In this document: positions 40,928-51,240 of the stretch, piece by piece | Numbering within the stretch: position 1 is the first letter of the stretch | Layout: every line of letters starts with the position of its first letter | NCBI GenBank assembly: GCA_902505605.1 | Contig: CABWKN010000093.1 | Coordinates: forward strand, 266-64,265 | DNA from: Candidatus Guanabacterium sedimentis | Lineage (GTDB): Bacteria > Acidobacteriota > B3-B38 > Guanabaribacteriales > B3-B38 | Reading direction: 5' to 3' | DNA length: 64,000 nucleotides | Notes under the pieces: model-generated | Databases searched by the model: none | Told to the model about the DNA's origin: nothing | The model's input: only the letters and a program-made list of their open reading frames with translations | Program-made: the position numbers and the translations under genes

Positions 40928-42064
40928 ATGAACCTGGGGATAGTTTGCTATCCAACCTATGGAGGAAGCGGGGTCATAGCCACCGAGCTGGGTCAGGAAA
41001 TGGCACGGCGAGGTCATTATGTTCACTTTATTAGCTGCTCCATTCCCCAGCGGCTTAATAGCTTCCAAGAGAGGGTTTGCTTTCACGAGGTGGAGGTGCC
41101 GACCTACCCTCTGTTTCAGTATCCCCCTTATTCTTTAGCTCTGGCCACCAAAATAGCCGAAGTGGCAGAGTATAGAAAGCTTGAACTGCTGCATGTTCAT
41201 TACGCTATCCCCCATGCTACCAGCGCCTTTTTGGCTCGGGAGATCCCCCCTCCCAAGAAATTTAAGATAATCACCACTCTGCATGGGACCGATATCACCG
41301 TGGTAGGGAAAAACCCTTCCTACCTGCCGGTTGCCAGACTGAGTATGGAACAGAGCGATGGAATCACCGCAGTCTCTCATTATCTAAAGGAGACCACTAT
41401 TGAGAAGTTAGGCATCACCAAGGATATAGAGGTTGTTCCCAACTTTGTGGATACCGAGAATTTCCGCCGGAAATCGGTGCCCCCCTGTCCAAAAAGGGCT
41501 AAGGAAAAGGGGGAGAAGGTGATTATCCACATCTCCAACTTCCGTCCCTTAAAGCGGTTGGCGGATGTGGTAGAGGTGTTTTATCTTCTTCAGAAAGCCA
41601 TTCCTTGCCAGCTCCTTCTGGTGGGGGACGGACCGGAAAGGGCTAAAATAGAACAGCTGTGTCGACAGAAAGGGATTATCTCCTCGGTTCATTTCCTGGG
41701 GAAGCAAAACGCCATCACACAGCTGCTCAACAATAGCGACCTTATGTTGCTGCCCAGCGAAATTGAGAGCTTCGGTCTGGTTGCTCTGGAAGCCATGGCC
41801 TGCGAAGTGCCAGTGATTGCCACCCGAGTAGGGGGATTGCCTGAGGTGGTTATCCACGGCGAAGTAGGTTTCCTGTGCAATGTGGGTGATATTCAAACTA
41901 TGTATGACTATTCTCTTCAGCTGCTTCAAAATGAGCCTCTCAGAAGGGAGATGGGGTCGAAGGGAAGGAAGAGGGTGTTGGACTATTTTTCCTTAAAATC
42001 TGTTGTCGACCGATACGAGCAATATTACTTTTGTATTTTACATAAGACAAAAGAAGAGGAATAA
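40928..42064 (+). CDS. bshA: GT4 glycosyltransferase, BshA-type (N-acetyl-alpha-D-glucosaminyl L-malate synthase)
   Basis: [34 protein letters not shown] closely follows the BshA N-terminal signature. Confidence 0.8.
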   Translation: MNLGIVCYPTYGGSGVIATELGQEMARRGHYVHFISCSIPQRLNSFQERVCFHEVEVPTYPLFQYPPYSLALATKIAEVAEYRKLELLHVHYAIPHATSAFLAREIPPPKKFKIITTLHGTDITVVGKNPSYLPVARLSMEQSDGITAVSHYLKETTIEKLGITKDIEVVPNFVDTENFRRKSVPPCPKRAKEKGEKVIIHISNFRPLKRLADVVEVFYLLQKAIPCQLLLVGDGPERAKIEQLCRQKGIISSVHFLGKQNAITQLLNNSDLMLLPSEIESFGLVALEAMACEVPVIATRVGGLPEVVIHGEVGFLCNVGDIQTMYDYSLQLLQNEPLRREMGSKGRKRVLDYFSLKSVVDRYEQYYFCILHKTKEEE

Positions 42065-42125
42065 CCTTTTATTAGTGGTTCTGTAAAGTTAAAGCATCCG
42101 ATTTAAAAAGGGAGAGGGTAGACCG

Positions 42126-43658
42126 ATGCCAAAGTTTTATCTCACCACTGCCATTGATTATGTGAACAGCAAGCCGCACTTGGGCACTGCCTACGAGAAG
42201 ATTGCTGCCGATGTTGTCGCCCGCTATAAGAGGCTTATGGGCTACGATACTTATTTCCTCATGGGCAATGACGAGCACAGTCAGAATGTAGCCGCCCGGG
42301 CGAAGGAAATGAAGCTCGATGTGATGGACTATTGCGACCAAATGGAGGAGGAATTTCGCCGGACCTGGGAGATACTGCACATATCATTCGATGATTTCAT
42401 CCGCACCACTGACCCTCGCCATATCTCAACGGTCAACGAGCTGCTGCAAAGGATTCACCAGAGGGGGGACATTTATAAGGGAAAATACCAGGGGTGGTAT
42501 TGCATCTCCTGCGAGGCTTTCTACCAGAGCAAAGATTTAATCGATGGTAAGTGTCCTTCACATGGCACAGTTCCCAGCTGGATATCAGAGGAAAACTATT
42601 TCTTCTCCCTTTCAAAATACAGAGAACAGCTGTTGCACCATATAGCGGAGCGTCCCGAATTTGTCCTCCCAGAAGTAAGGCGAAACGAGATAGTGAGCGT
42701 GCTAAAGAGTGGACTTGAAGATATAAGCATTTCCCGTTCGGGAACTCCCTGGGGGATACTTTTGCCCTTTGACAATAAAAGCGTGGTCTATGTCTGGTTC
42801 GATGCCCTGATAAACTATATTTCCGGAGTAGGCTTTAGCGACGACTCCGAAAAATATCGCAGGTATTGGCCTGCCGACCTTCACATCATCGGAAAGGATA
42901 TAACCCGCTTTCATTGCATCATCTGGCCCGCTATGTTGCTCAGTGCCAACATCCCCCTCCCGAAGTCCATTTTCGGACACGGCTTCGTAAAGCTCCGGGG
43001 CGAGAAGATGAGCAAAACTACCGGTACCATACTCGACCCCCTCCGATTATCCGAAGCCTATGGTGCCGACCCTCTCAGGTATTTTCTCATTAGCGAAATC
43101 CCCTTCGACAGGGACGGAGACTTCTCCCTTGAACGCTTTAAAGAGAGATTCAACTCCGACCTGGCTAACGATTACGGCAACCTGGTCTCCCGAAGCCTGA
43201 CTATGGTCGACAGATATCAAAAGGGGAGGGTTATTCTTCCTACCAGGACTGCTGATGATACCTACCTCCAGGAGATAGCCGAGGGTTTGTTATCTCGCTA
43301 CCAGCAAGCGATGGAGAGCTATCAGCTCCACCAGGGGGTCAGGGTTGCCTGGGAGCTGATTCGGGGAGCCAACCTGTACATTGATAGCCAGAAGCCCTGG
43401 TTATTAGCCAAGGATACCTCGAAAAGCGGGAGATTAGCCGAAGTTCTCTTCAATCTAATAGAAGCCATCAGACAGGTCACCGTCCTGCTGAAGCCGATAA
43501 TGCCAGTGAAGACCAGAGAAGTATGGCATCAGTTAGCACTGGCATCCGATTTCGAAAAAGTAACTTTCAAGGAGCTGGAGGAATGGGGGAAAATTCCTTC
43601 AGATACTGTGGTAAAACCCGGACAAGCTCTCTTCCCCAGAATTGAGGAAAGAGAATAG
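42126..43658 (+). CDS. metG: Methionyl-tRNA synthetase (short form, no C-terminal tRNA-binding domain)
   Basis: YLTTAIDYVNSKPHLGTAY (HIGH-region variant HLGT), zinc knuckle CISC...CPSH, and KMSKT. Confidence 0.9.
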   Translation: MPKFYLTTAIDYVNSKPHLGTAYEKIAADVVARYKRLMGYDTYFLMGNDEHSQNVAARAKEMKLDVMDYCDQMEEEFRRTWEILHISFDDFIRTTDPRHISTVNELLQRIHQRGDIYKGKYQGWYCISCEAFYQSKDLIDGKCPSHGTVPSWISEENYFFSLSKYREQLLHHIAERPEFVLPEVRRNEIVSVLKSGLEDISISRSGTPWGILLPFDNKSVVYVWFDALINYISGVGFSDDSEKYRRYWPADLHIIGKDITRFHCIIWPAMLLSANIPLPKSIFGHGFVKLRGEKMSKTTGTILDPLRLSEAYGADPLRYFLISEIPFDRDGDFSLERFKERFNSDLANDYGNLVSRSLTMVDRYQKGRVILPTRTADDTYLQEIAEGLLSRYQQAMESYQLHQGVRVAWELIRGANLYIDSQKPWLLAKDTSKSGRLAEVLFNLIEAIRQVTVLLKPIMPVKTREVWHQLALASDFEKVTFKELEEWGKIPSDTVVKPGQALFPRIEERE

Positions 43659-43742
43659 AGAGCATCCTGGTTGTCCGCTCGGATAAGGTATTAACAAACT
43701 AATCTATTCATTGCCAAGTTTTAAAAAGCAAAAGGATGGAGA

Positions 43743-44744
43743 TTGGCGGAAAAGAGGCTCAAGGTCTTAATAGCCATTTACCATAAGCTCTATCCCTGGA
43801 ATCTTCCAGAGAGCATGGTAACCTCACTGAGGGATGAGTTCACCTCGGTAGACATAGGGAGAGCTGGTAGCCAGGAAGAGCTGGAAGAAGGGATAAAGGA
43901 AGCAGATATCATTTTTGGTTGGAGACTGCCCAGAGAGGTTTTTTTGCGAGCACAAAGGCTGAAATGGGTCCATATAGCAGCCGCTGGGGTGGGTGGTAGC
44001 CTTCATAAGGAGATTATTGACAGCCCGGTTATACTGACCAATTGCCGGGGGATTCATTCCATCCCGGCTGCAGAGCATGCCATGAGCTTAATCCTCTCTC
44101 TGCTGCGCAAGCTGCCCTTAGCGGTTAAGTATCAAATAAAAAGAGAATGGGGGGCGGAGGAAATACTGGGAGGAGTAAACCAGTTTGATGAGCTCTATGG
44201 CAAGACCATGGGCATCATCGGGTTGGGGAGCATCGGGCGAGAAATATCCAGGAGGACTAAATGCTTCGGTATGAGAGTCATAGCCACTAAAAGGCATTCA
44301 CTCAGAGAGCTGCCAGAGGGAGTGGACAAGCTCCTTCCCCCAGAAGAGCTACCTCTGCTGCTGAAGGAGGCTGACTGGGTAGTGATATCTGTGCCTTTAA
44401 CATCCAGAACCCGTGGGTTGATAGGAGAGAAGGAGCTTGCGCTGATGAAGAGAAACGCTTATCTTATTAATATCAGCCGTGGTAAAATCATACAGGAGAA
44501 AGCTCTGATTAAAGCTCTTGAAGATGGGAAAATTGCGGGGGCTGCACTCGATGTCTTTGAGGAGGAGCCCCTCCTCCAGGAGAGCCCCCTCTACAGAATG
44601 GATAATGTCATTATAACCCCTCATGTCGCCGGGATAAGCCGATACTATTTCGAGCGGGCAGTGGATATATTCCGCTCTAATCTGAGCAAATATCTCAAGG
44701 GAGAAACGCTGATAAATATGGTCGATAAGAAAGAAGGTTATTAA
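43743..44744 (+). CDS. D-isomer-specific 2-hydroxyacid dehydrogenase (NAD-binding)
   Basis: GIIGLGSIGREI Rossmann motif and the R/E/H catalytic triad pattern (ISRG...HVAG). TTG start with an AAGGATGG RBS. Confidence 0.8.
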   Translation: MAEKRLKVLIAIYHKLYPWNLPESMVTSLRDEFTSVDIGRAGSQEELEEGIKEADIIFGWRLPREVFLRAQRLKWVHIAAAGVGGSLHKEIIDSPVILTNCRGIHSIPAAEHAMSLILSLLRKLPLAVKYQIKREWGAEEILGGVNQFDELYGKTMGIIGLGSIGREISRRTKCFGMRVIATKRHSLRELPEGVDKLLPPEELPLLLKEADWVVISVPLTSRTRGLIGEKELALMKRNAYLINISRGKIIQEKALIKALEDGKIAGAALDVFEEEPLLQESPLYRMDNVIITPHVAGISRYYFERAVDIFRSNLSKYLKGETLINMVDKKEGY

Positions 44745-44812
44745 GGGAGAATAGGCTGAATGGTCTGTTTCCATACTATCAATGAAGTATCTGATAGGAG
44801 TGGAGGTTTGCT

Positions 44813-46225
44813 ATGATTTACTATCTGTATATCATTCTGCTCTACCTTCTGGTTCTGGTCGGGCTTAATATGTGGCGCGCTAAGAAGGTAAAAACCCAGG
44901 AGGACTTCATGGTTGCCGGTCGCAAACTCTCGCCCACGGTGATGGTATTCACCTTGATTTGCACCTGGATTGGCTCGGGTTCTTTTATTGCCGGGGCGGA
45001 GTTTGGTTTCGAGGCTGGTTGGTCTGCCCTTTGGTTGCCAGCGGGGGCTTGGTTTGGCATACTGGTTATTTACTTCATTTCAGGAAGAATCCGCAAATTC
45101 GGGCAATATACCATCGGTGATATACTGGAAGCTCGCTACAACAAGTGGGCCAGACTGTTTGGCAGTATTGCGGTCATTATATCCTTTACCGCCATTGTGA
45201 GCTATCAGTTTAGAGCGGGGGGCTACATTCTGAACATCGTTACCGGTGACAAAATTTCGGTAGGGGTCGGTCAACTGCTCGCAGCTGGCTTTGTAATTCT
45301 GTTTACTGCGCTGGCGGGGATGATTGCGGTTGCTTACACTGATGTGTCCAACGGGATTGTTATCGTTCTAGCTACCATTATCGCTGTTCCCTTCCTGCTG
45401 AGCTTTGTTGGCGGGTGGGCAGCACTGCCCGACAAGCTTCCTGCTGAGCATTTTGCACTTGTCAATGCCCAATTTGGAGAGCGACCCTTACTCAAAGCCC
45501 TTGGTTTCTTCTTCTCTACTTTCTTGCTTCTCCTTGGGGTCCAGAGTATGTATCAGAAGTTCTACTCCGCCCGCGATGCCAAAGCAGCCAAGCAATCGGT
45601 ATTGATGTGGATTGTCGGTGTGGTCATTGTGGAGACAGCGGTCATCGCCCTAGCGGTTGTTGGCAGGGCAGCGTTCCCATCATTAGAACGCCACGATACG
45701 GTTATCCTGCATGCGGCTGCCTATGGTCTGCCGATGATAGTTGGTGTTTTGCTTCTGGCGGCAGCCTGTGCTGTGGTGGTTTCTACGGGGAACAACTACC
45801 TTCTCAGCCCTGCTACCACGGTGATGAGAGATATCTATCAGCGCTTTATCAATCCCAAGGCTTCTCAGAGGAGGATGGTTATCCTTTCTAAGATTGTTGT
45901 TTTGGTATTAGGGGTGGTGGCCTTTATACTGGCTATGTATCTCACCTCGGTTCTGGAGATGGCATTCTTCGCATACACCATCTATGGGGTCGCTATTACT
46001 CCGGCTCTGATAGGGGCATTCCTCTGGAAGAGAGCCAATACAGCCGGAGGATTAACCTCTATTATCTCCGGCACCGTAGTTGCCCTTCTCTTGAAGAATT
46101 TTGGCGAACCCTTTGGTATTCCCCTTATATTCCCGGCTCTTGTCGTCTCCGTGGGGAGCTTTATCCTGGTGAGTCTTCTCACCTCGCCACCCAGAGAAGA
46201 GCAGCTGAAGCCATTTATGGATTAA
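44813..46225 (+). CDS. Sodium:solute symporter family (SSF) transporter
   Basis: 470 aa, about 13 TM helices. N-terminal pattern of SSF (PutP/PanF-like) permeases. Confidence 0.7.
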   Translation: MIYYLYIILLYLLVLVGLNMWRAKKVKTQEDFMVAGRKLSPTVMVFTLICTWIGSGSFIAGAEFGFEAGWSALWLPAGAWFGILVIYFISGRIRKFGQYTIGDILEARYNKWARLFGSIAVIISFTAIVSYQFRAGGYILNIVTGDKISVGVGQLLAAGFVILFTALAGMIAVAYTDVSNGIVIVLATIIAVPFLLSFVGGWAALPDKLPAEHFALVNAQFGERPLLKALGFFFSTFLLLLGVQSMYQKFYSARDAKAAKQSVLMWIVGVVIVETAVIALAVVGRAAFPSLERHDTVILHAAAYGLPMIVGVLLLAAACAVVVSTGNNYLLSPATTVMRDIYQRFINPKASQRRMVILSKIVVLVLGVVAFILAMYLTSVLEMAFFAYTIYGVAITPALIGAFLWKRANTAGGLTSIISGTVVALLLKNFGEPFGIPLIFPALVVSVGSFILVSLLTSPPREEQLKPFMD

Positions 46226-46425
46226 AGAACCATATGGGTTATGGATATGAATTAATAACGAAAAACCTGCCCGGCGAATAGAAAGGCTGCATGATATGCC
46301 GGGCTGGCTTGACGATTGTATTAGACCGGAAGGAGGAGAAGCTGACAAATAGAAGCTAATAGCCAATCCGGAAAACGGGTGTTATGCCCTATGGTTAAAG
46401 TGTGTTTCACCGAGGAGGTCAATAT

Positions 46426-47661
46426 ATGCCTTTTAATAGAAGAAAATTCTTGCAATTAGCCGGAGAAGGCGCAGCCGGCATAGCACTTTTTAAATGGACA
46501 AACTTTCCTTCTTCCCTCCGTAGCAATCACCAAACAGAAGAGCCTTCGGGAAGCTTTGATCCCTGGCTGGAGATAGACCTCAACTATATGGCCTGGAACA
46601 TCTCCCAGCTCCGCAAATTCACCGGGGGGAAGCCGATTATGGCAGTTATTAAGGGAAACGCCTATGGACATGGTCTTGTCGGAGTGGGTAGATTTCTGGA
46701 GAAGCTGGAAGTTGCCGGCCTGATGGTAGGTAAGTATAGCGAAGCATTGAAGCTCAGAGAGGAGGGGGTGAAATGCCCCATCCTCAATATCGGTCCATTT
46801 TCCCAGCAGGAAGCGGAGGAGATTGTAAGGCTCGGCATCTCGCAATCTGTTTACAGCGACCGGGTGGAATACCTTATCGCCGCAGCCCGCCGCCAGGGAA
46901 AGAGAGCCCGCATTCACCTCAAAATAGATAGCGGTCTGGGGCGGGTAGGGATCCCCTATTACCGCGCACTCCCTCTGGTGGAGAAGGTAGCCTCTGCCGA
47001 TGAGCTCCTCATCGATGGGGCGTTTACCACTTTCAGCGAGGATGGGGAATTCGACCGCGAGCAGCTGAAGCGGTTCCTCCAGTTTTACCAGGAGGCAGCA
47101 AGCAAAGGGATACACCTGGGTTCAAGACACGCCGCCAGCAGTGCAGCAATTCTCTTTTTGCCCCAGGCTCATCTGGATATGGTACGTCCCGGCATCATGA
47201 TTTATGGTCACTACCCATCAGTTGAGGCTCAGCAAGAGAGGAAAGTTGAGTTAAAGCCGATTCTTCAGCTCAAAACAAAGGTGATTTATGTAAAGGAGCT
47301 TCGCCCGGGCGATTCTGTCTCCTATCATCGGGAGTATATCGCTCAGAAGAAGGAGATGATAGCTACTCTCCCCATCGGTTACACCGATGGCTATCCGCCG
47401 CAGGTTGCCGGCAAGGCAGAAGTGCTCATAAAAGGACTTAGGTTTCCGCTGGTGTCGCGAATCACAGCCAATCATATGACAATCAACCTCCAAGGGAGAA
47501 AGGATATCAATATCGGAGAAGAAGTAGTGCTTATCGGCACGCAGGGGAAGCTGGAATTAACCGCTGAGGAAGTAGCCGATTGGGCAGAGATTTCGATCTA
47601 TAAGCTACTCTGCGGTATGAGCCCACTTTTACCGAGGGTTTATATATATAAGACGCAATAA
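46426..47661 (+). CDS. alr: Alanine racemase with an N-terminal twin-arginine (Tat) signal peptide
   Basis: Start chosen at the Met preceded by GAGGAGG. NRRKFLQLAGEGAAGIALF Tat motif. AVIKGNAYGHG PLP-lysine motif and GYTDGYP second catalytic motif. Confidence 0.8.
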   Translation: MPFNRRKFLQLAGEGAAGIALFKWTNFPSSLRSNHQTEEPSGSFDPWLEIDLNYMAWNISQLRKFTGGKPIMAVIKGNAYGHGLVGVGRFLEKLEVAGLMVGKYSEALKLREEGVKCPILNIGPFSQQEAEEIVRLGISQSVYSDRVEYLIAAARRQGKRARIHLKIDSGLGRVGIPYYRALPLVEKVASADELLIDGAFTTFSEDGEFDREQLKRFLQFYQEAASKGIHLGSRHAASSAAILFLPQAHLDMVRPGIMIYGHYPSVEAQQERKVELKPILQLKTKVIYVKELRPGDSVSYHREYIAQKKEMIATLPIGYTDGYPPQVAGKAEVLIKGLRFPLVSRITANHMTINLQGRKDINIGEEVVLIGTQGKLELTAEEVADWAEISIYKLLCGMSPLLPRVYIYKTQ

Positions 47662-47743
47662 TCACCTGGCCATTTTTAAATAAGGAGAGAATTGATAAAG
47701 AGCTGAATTTTTTAGATAACCGAGCGTTTAGCTGGAGGGTTGT

Positions 47744-48049
47744 ATGCTTGCTCAATTCAGCATTACTCCCATAGGGAAAGATGCGAGGATTGGTGAATAT
47801 GTTGCTCAAATTCTCAAGATTGTCGATGAGCGAGGACTGGATTACCAATTCACAGCCATGTCCACCCTGGTGGAAGGAGAATGGTATGAAGTGATGCAGT
47901 TGATAAGAGATTGCCACAATCTTATGAGAAACTTCGCTGAGCGGATAATGACCACCATTATTATAGATGATTTTGCCGGGAGAACTGGTAGATTAAAAGG
48001 TAAGGTCGAGAATGTGGAAGAGATGCTGGGAAAGAAGCTGAAAACCTGA
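47744..48049 (+). CDS. MTH1187/YkoF (DUF77) family protein
   Basis: 101 aa. MLAQFSITPIG N-terminal ferredoxin-like fold signature of the family. Confidence 0.6.
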   Translation: MLAQFSITPIGKDARIGEYVAQILKIVDERGLDYQFTAMSTLVEGEWYEVMQLIRDCHNLMRNFAERIMTTIIIDDFAGRTGRLKGKVENVEEMLGKKLKT

Positions 48050-48319
48050 ACCCGGCTGGTGAGCATCAAGCCCTTAAAGCTCTTTTAGGGAGAGCGTCAG
48101 TTAATACAAATGGGGAAAGGTTCGCTGTTTCTCTTAGTTTCTCTCTGATAAGTAGGGGAGTTTTGATTGACTTATTCACCTACAGTGAAGTAGCATATCT
48201 TAAGTTAGCCATGATGGAATATTAATTTCTACTTAGAGGATATCTTTTTAAGTGCTTTTACTTTGTCATAAGAGATTTTGAAGAAGGAGCAAAATTTAAC
48301 TATAAAGGAAAGAAGTTTA

Positions 48320-49318
48320 ATGGAATACAGCAGATTGAGAAATTTAAAAGGAAAAGAAATTTTGATAACCGGTGGAGCGGGGATGATCGGCAGTACCATA
48401 GCCAATCTTGCTGTTCCCTTAGGGGCGAAGGTCACCATCCTTGATGCGATGTTGCCCTTATACGGGGGAAACAGGTTCAACTTAGAAAAGATAAAAGATG
48501 ATATAGTCTTTATTGAGGGGGATATAAGAGACTTTGAGCTGATGCAGAAGGTAATTGTGGGAAAGAATGTAATTTTCGACTTAGCCGCTCAGGTGAGCTA
48601 TATAGATAGTATCGCTCAGCCTTTCGTAGATTTAGAAATAAACTGCCAAGGGCATCTGAATGTGCTGGAGGCTTGTCGTCTCCACAACAAGGAGGCTAAG
48701 ATTATATTTTCCAGCTCCCGCTTCGTCTACGGCTCCATTGAGTACAACCCGGTGGATGAGGCTCATCCGTTTAACTGTCTGAGTATATACGGCATCCATA
48801 AGCTTACCGCAGAAAAATACTTCGCTTTCTACCATCGTTATTATGGAATATCCACGGTCATCTTCAGGATTGCCAATCCTTTCGGTCCTCGACAGCAGAT
48901 GAAGCACAGCCGCTATGGCATTCTTAATTGGTTTATCAAGCTGGCTCTGGAGGGGAAGGAGTTGACTATTTACGGAGAAGGAGAACAGGTTCGCGATTAT
49001 ATATATGTAACCGACGTGGCTGATGCCATGCTGTTGGCTGCATTTAATGAGAGCTTGCGGCACGATGTCTTCAATCTGGGTACGGGAATCGGGACGAATT
49101 TCAAGGAGATGGTGAGGAAGGTAGGCTCCTTCCTGCCGAATACAAAGGTAGTGAATACGCAGTGGCCTAAAGATTCCGCTTTTGTGGAAACCGGGGATTA
49201 CATCACCGACATAAGCAAGCTCTCCCGGCGGTTGGGCTGGAAACCTCGGATTTCCTTGGGCGAGGGGATTAAAAAAACTATCAGCTATTATCAGAAATAT
49301 AAACATAAATATTGGTGA
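48320..49318 (+). CDS. NAD-dependent epimerase/dehydratase (extended SDR, UDP-sugar epimerase or decarboxylase type)
   Basis: GKEILITGGAGMIGS Rossmann motif and YxxxK catalytic motif. ATG preceded by AAGGAAAG. The ORF track's TTG at 48278 lacks an RBS. Confidence 0.8.
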   Translation: MEYSRLRNLKGKEILITGGAGMIGSTIANLAVPLGAKVTILDAMLPLYGGNRFNLEKIKDDIVFIEGDIRDFELMQKVIVGKNVIFDLAAQVSYIDSIAQPFVDLEINCQGHLNVLEACRLHNKEAKIIFSSSRFVYGSIEYNPVDEAHPFNCLSIYGIHKLTAEKYFAFYHRYYGISTVIFRIANPFGPRQQMKHSRYGILNWFIKLALEGKELTIYGEGEQVRDYIYVTDVADAMLLAAFNESLRHDVFNLGTGIGTNFKEMVRKVGSFLPNTKVVNTQWPKDSAFVETGDYITDISKLSRRLGWKPRISLGEGIKKTISYYQKYKHKYW

Positions 49319-49353
49319 TGCCCGAGACATAAGGGTCAAGGAGTTACTATCTC

Positions 49354-49812
49354 ATGACAGCGGCAGCAGAAATGAGGTTGAAAGCAATCGGAGTGGTGCA
49401 CTCACCCTTCCAGGAACCGGGGGAGATTCCCCGAGGGAAGGAACTTAGGGAGAGCGAGAGCAAGATTGAGGTTTTTCCTGAGTATGCAGGGGGATTAAAG
49501 GATGTGGAGGGCTTTTCCCATCTATACATATTATACTGGATGCATAGAGCGTCGCCTGCCGCTGTACTGGCCAAACCGAGACTTGATGATAAAATGAGGG
49601 GTCTCTTCGCCACCCGAGCCCCCCATAGACCAAATCCCTTGGGGCTTTCTCTGGTGAGGTTGATTAAAGTGGAGGGAAATATCCTCAAAGTAAAGGGACT
49701 GGATGCCATCGACCAGACCCCTATTATAGACATTAAGCCTTACATTCACGGATCAGAACATAGGCAAGAAATAAAAATCGGCTGGTTGGAGGGCAAGATA
49801 AGTCTAAGTTAA
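49354..49812 (+). CDS. TsaA/YaeB-family tRNA methyltransferase (TrmO-like)
   Basis: IGVVHSPFQEPGEIPRG ... RPNPLGLSLVRL ... DQTPIIDIKPY are conserved TsaA motifs. Confidence 0.75.
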   Translation: MTAAAEMRLKAIGVVHSPFQEPGEIPRGKELRESESKIEVFPEYAGGLKDVEGFSHLYILYWMHRASPAAVLAKPRLDDKMRGLFATRAPHRPNPLGLSLVRLIKVEGNILKVKGLDAIDQTPIIDIKPYIHGSEHRQEIKIGWLEGKISLS

Positions 49813-49833
49813 TATGTGTATTAAGGTCTGAAT

Positions 49834-51132
49834 ATGGAAAAAGTTATTGAATTCATCAGAAAAAAATCCGCTCGAGTAGCTGTAATCGGATTGGGGTATG
49901 TGGGATTCCCCCTGTTAGTTGAACTGGGCAAGGTGGGCTTCGAGGTGGTAGGAATTGACATTGACAAGAAGAGAGTGGATTCCATAAATAGAGGAGAGTC
50001 TTATATCTTTGATATTGATAGCAACGAGCTTGGAGCTTTGGTGAAGAGGGGGAGAATTTCCGCTACTGCCGATTATCGCATCTTACGAGGGATTGATGTT
50101 ATCTGTATCTGCGTCCCCACATCTCTGAATAAGACCAAGGACCCCGATATTTCCCATATCATTGAATGTTGCCAGGAAATAGCCAAGTACCTCAAAAGAT
50201 GTCAGCTTATATTGGTTGAAAGCACCACCTATCCGGGAACAACAAGGGAGATAATCAAACCCATTTTAGAACAGAGCGGAATGGCAGTGGGGAAAGACTT
50301 TTATCTGGCTTTTTCTCCTGAGCGGATTGACCCGGGCAATAAGGAATACTATCTCGCCAACACTCCCAGGGTGGTCGGAGGTATTACCTCTGCTTGCACC
50401 GAGGTGGCCAGGATATTTTTCCAGCAGATAACAGAGAAAGTAGTGCCAGTTTCCAGCACCGAAAGTGCCGAGATGGTAAAACTTCTGGAGAATACCTTCA
50501 GGAGCGTTAACATCGCTCTGGTCAACGAGGTAGCTATCATTTGCAACAAGCTAAAACTCGATGTATGGGATGTCATAGAAGCTGCTTCCACTAAGCCCTT
50601 CGGTTTTACCCCCTTTTACCCGGGTCCGGGCTCCGGAGGGCATTGTATCCCTGTTAATCCTTATTATCTTTCGTGGAAATTAAAAGAGTTAAATTACCAA
50701 ACTCGCTTTATTGAGCTTGCAGGAAAGATAAATAGGAATATGCCCAATTTTGTTGTCAATCGTCTTGATGAGCTGCTTAACAAGAGAGGCAAGTCTATAA
50801 AAGGCTCCTTTTTCCTGATTTTAGGAGCTGCCTATAAGAGAAACATTAATGATACACGGAAGTCCCCTGCAATAGAGATAATGAGGATTTTAATGAGGAA
50901 AGGGGGGAAAGTTATTTATAACGACCCCTATGTTCCTTATTTAAAGGCTAACAGGAAAACCTTGAGGTCGCAGGCTTTGACTAAAGGGACTCTTGCCCGG
51001 GCTGATTGCGTGGTTATAACTACCGACCATTCTGTCTACGATTATAAATGGATAGTAAGGCATGCTAAACTGATTTTCGACGCCAGAAATGCCACCAAAG
51101 GAGTTGCCAGCAACAAGATAGTCAAGCTTTAA
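49834..51132 (+). CDS. Nucleotide-sugar dehydrogenase (UDP-N-acetyl-D-glucosamine/mannosamine dehydrogenase family)
   Basis: VAVIGLGYVGFPL Rossmann motif, catalytic Cys region GPGSGGHCIP, 432 aa. Confidence 0.85.
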   Translation: MEKVIEFIRKKSARVAVIGLGYVGFPLLVELGKVGFEVVGIDIDKKRVDSINRGESYIFDIDSNELGALVKRGRISATADYRILRGIDVICICVPTSLNKTKDPDISHIIECCQEIAKYLKRCQLILVESTTYPGTTREIIKPILEQSGMAVGKDFYLAFSPERIDPGNKEYYLANTPRVVGGITSACTEVARIFFQQITEKVVPVSSTESAEMVKLLENTFRSVNIALVNEVAIICNKLKLDVWDVIEAASTKPFGFTPFYPGPGSGGHCIPVNPYYLSWKLKELNYQTRFIELAGKINRNMPNFVVNRLDELLNKRGKSIKGSFFLILGAAYKRNINDTRKSPAIEIMRILMRKGGKVIYNDPYVPYLKANRKTLRSQALTKGTLARADCVVITTDHSVYDYKWIVRHAKLIFDARNATKGVASNKIVKL

Positions 51133-51240
51133 CCCATCTGCGGGGCTATCTAATAAATGCTTGACACTGCTTTAAATTGATGATATTTTATATTTAATTA
51201 AAAGATCACCTAAAAGTCCAAATATAGAGCGGAGGGATTC

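Noticed and set aside
46225-46425. Inverted repeat GCCCGGC...GCCGGGC downstream of the SSF transporter, considered as a terminator.
   Set aside because: The loop is 22 nt and there is no U-tract. It is not a convincing intrinsic terminator.
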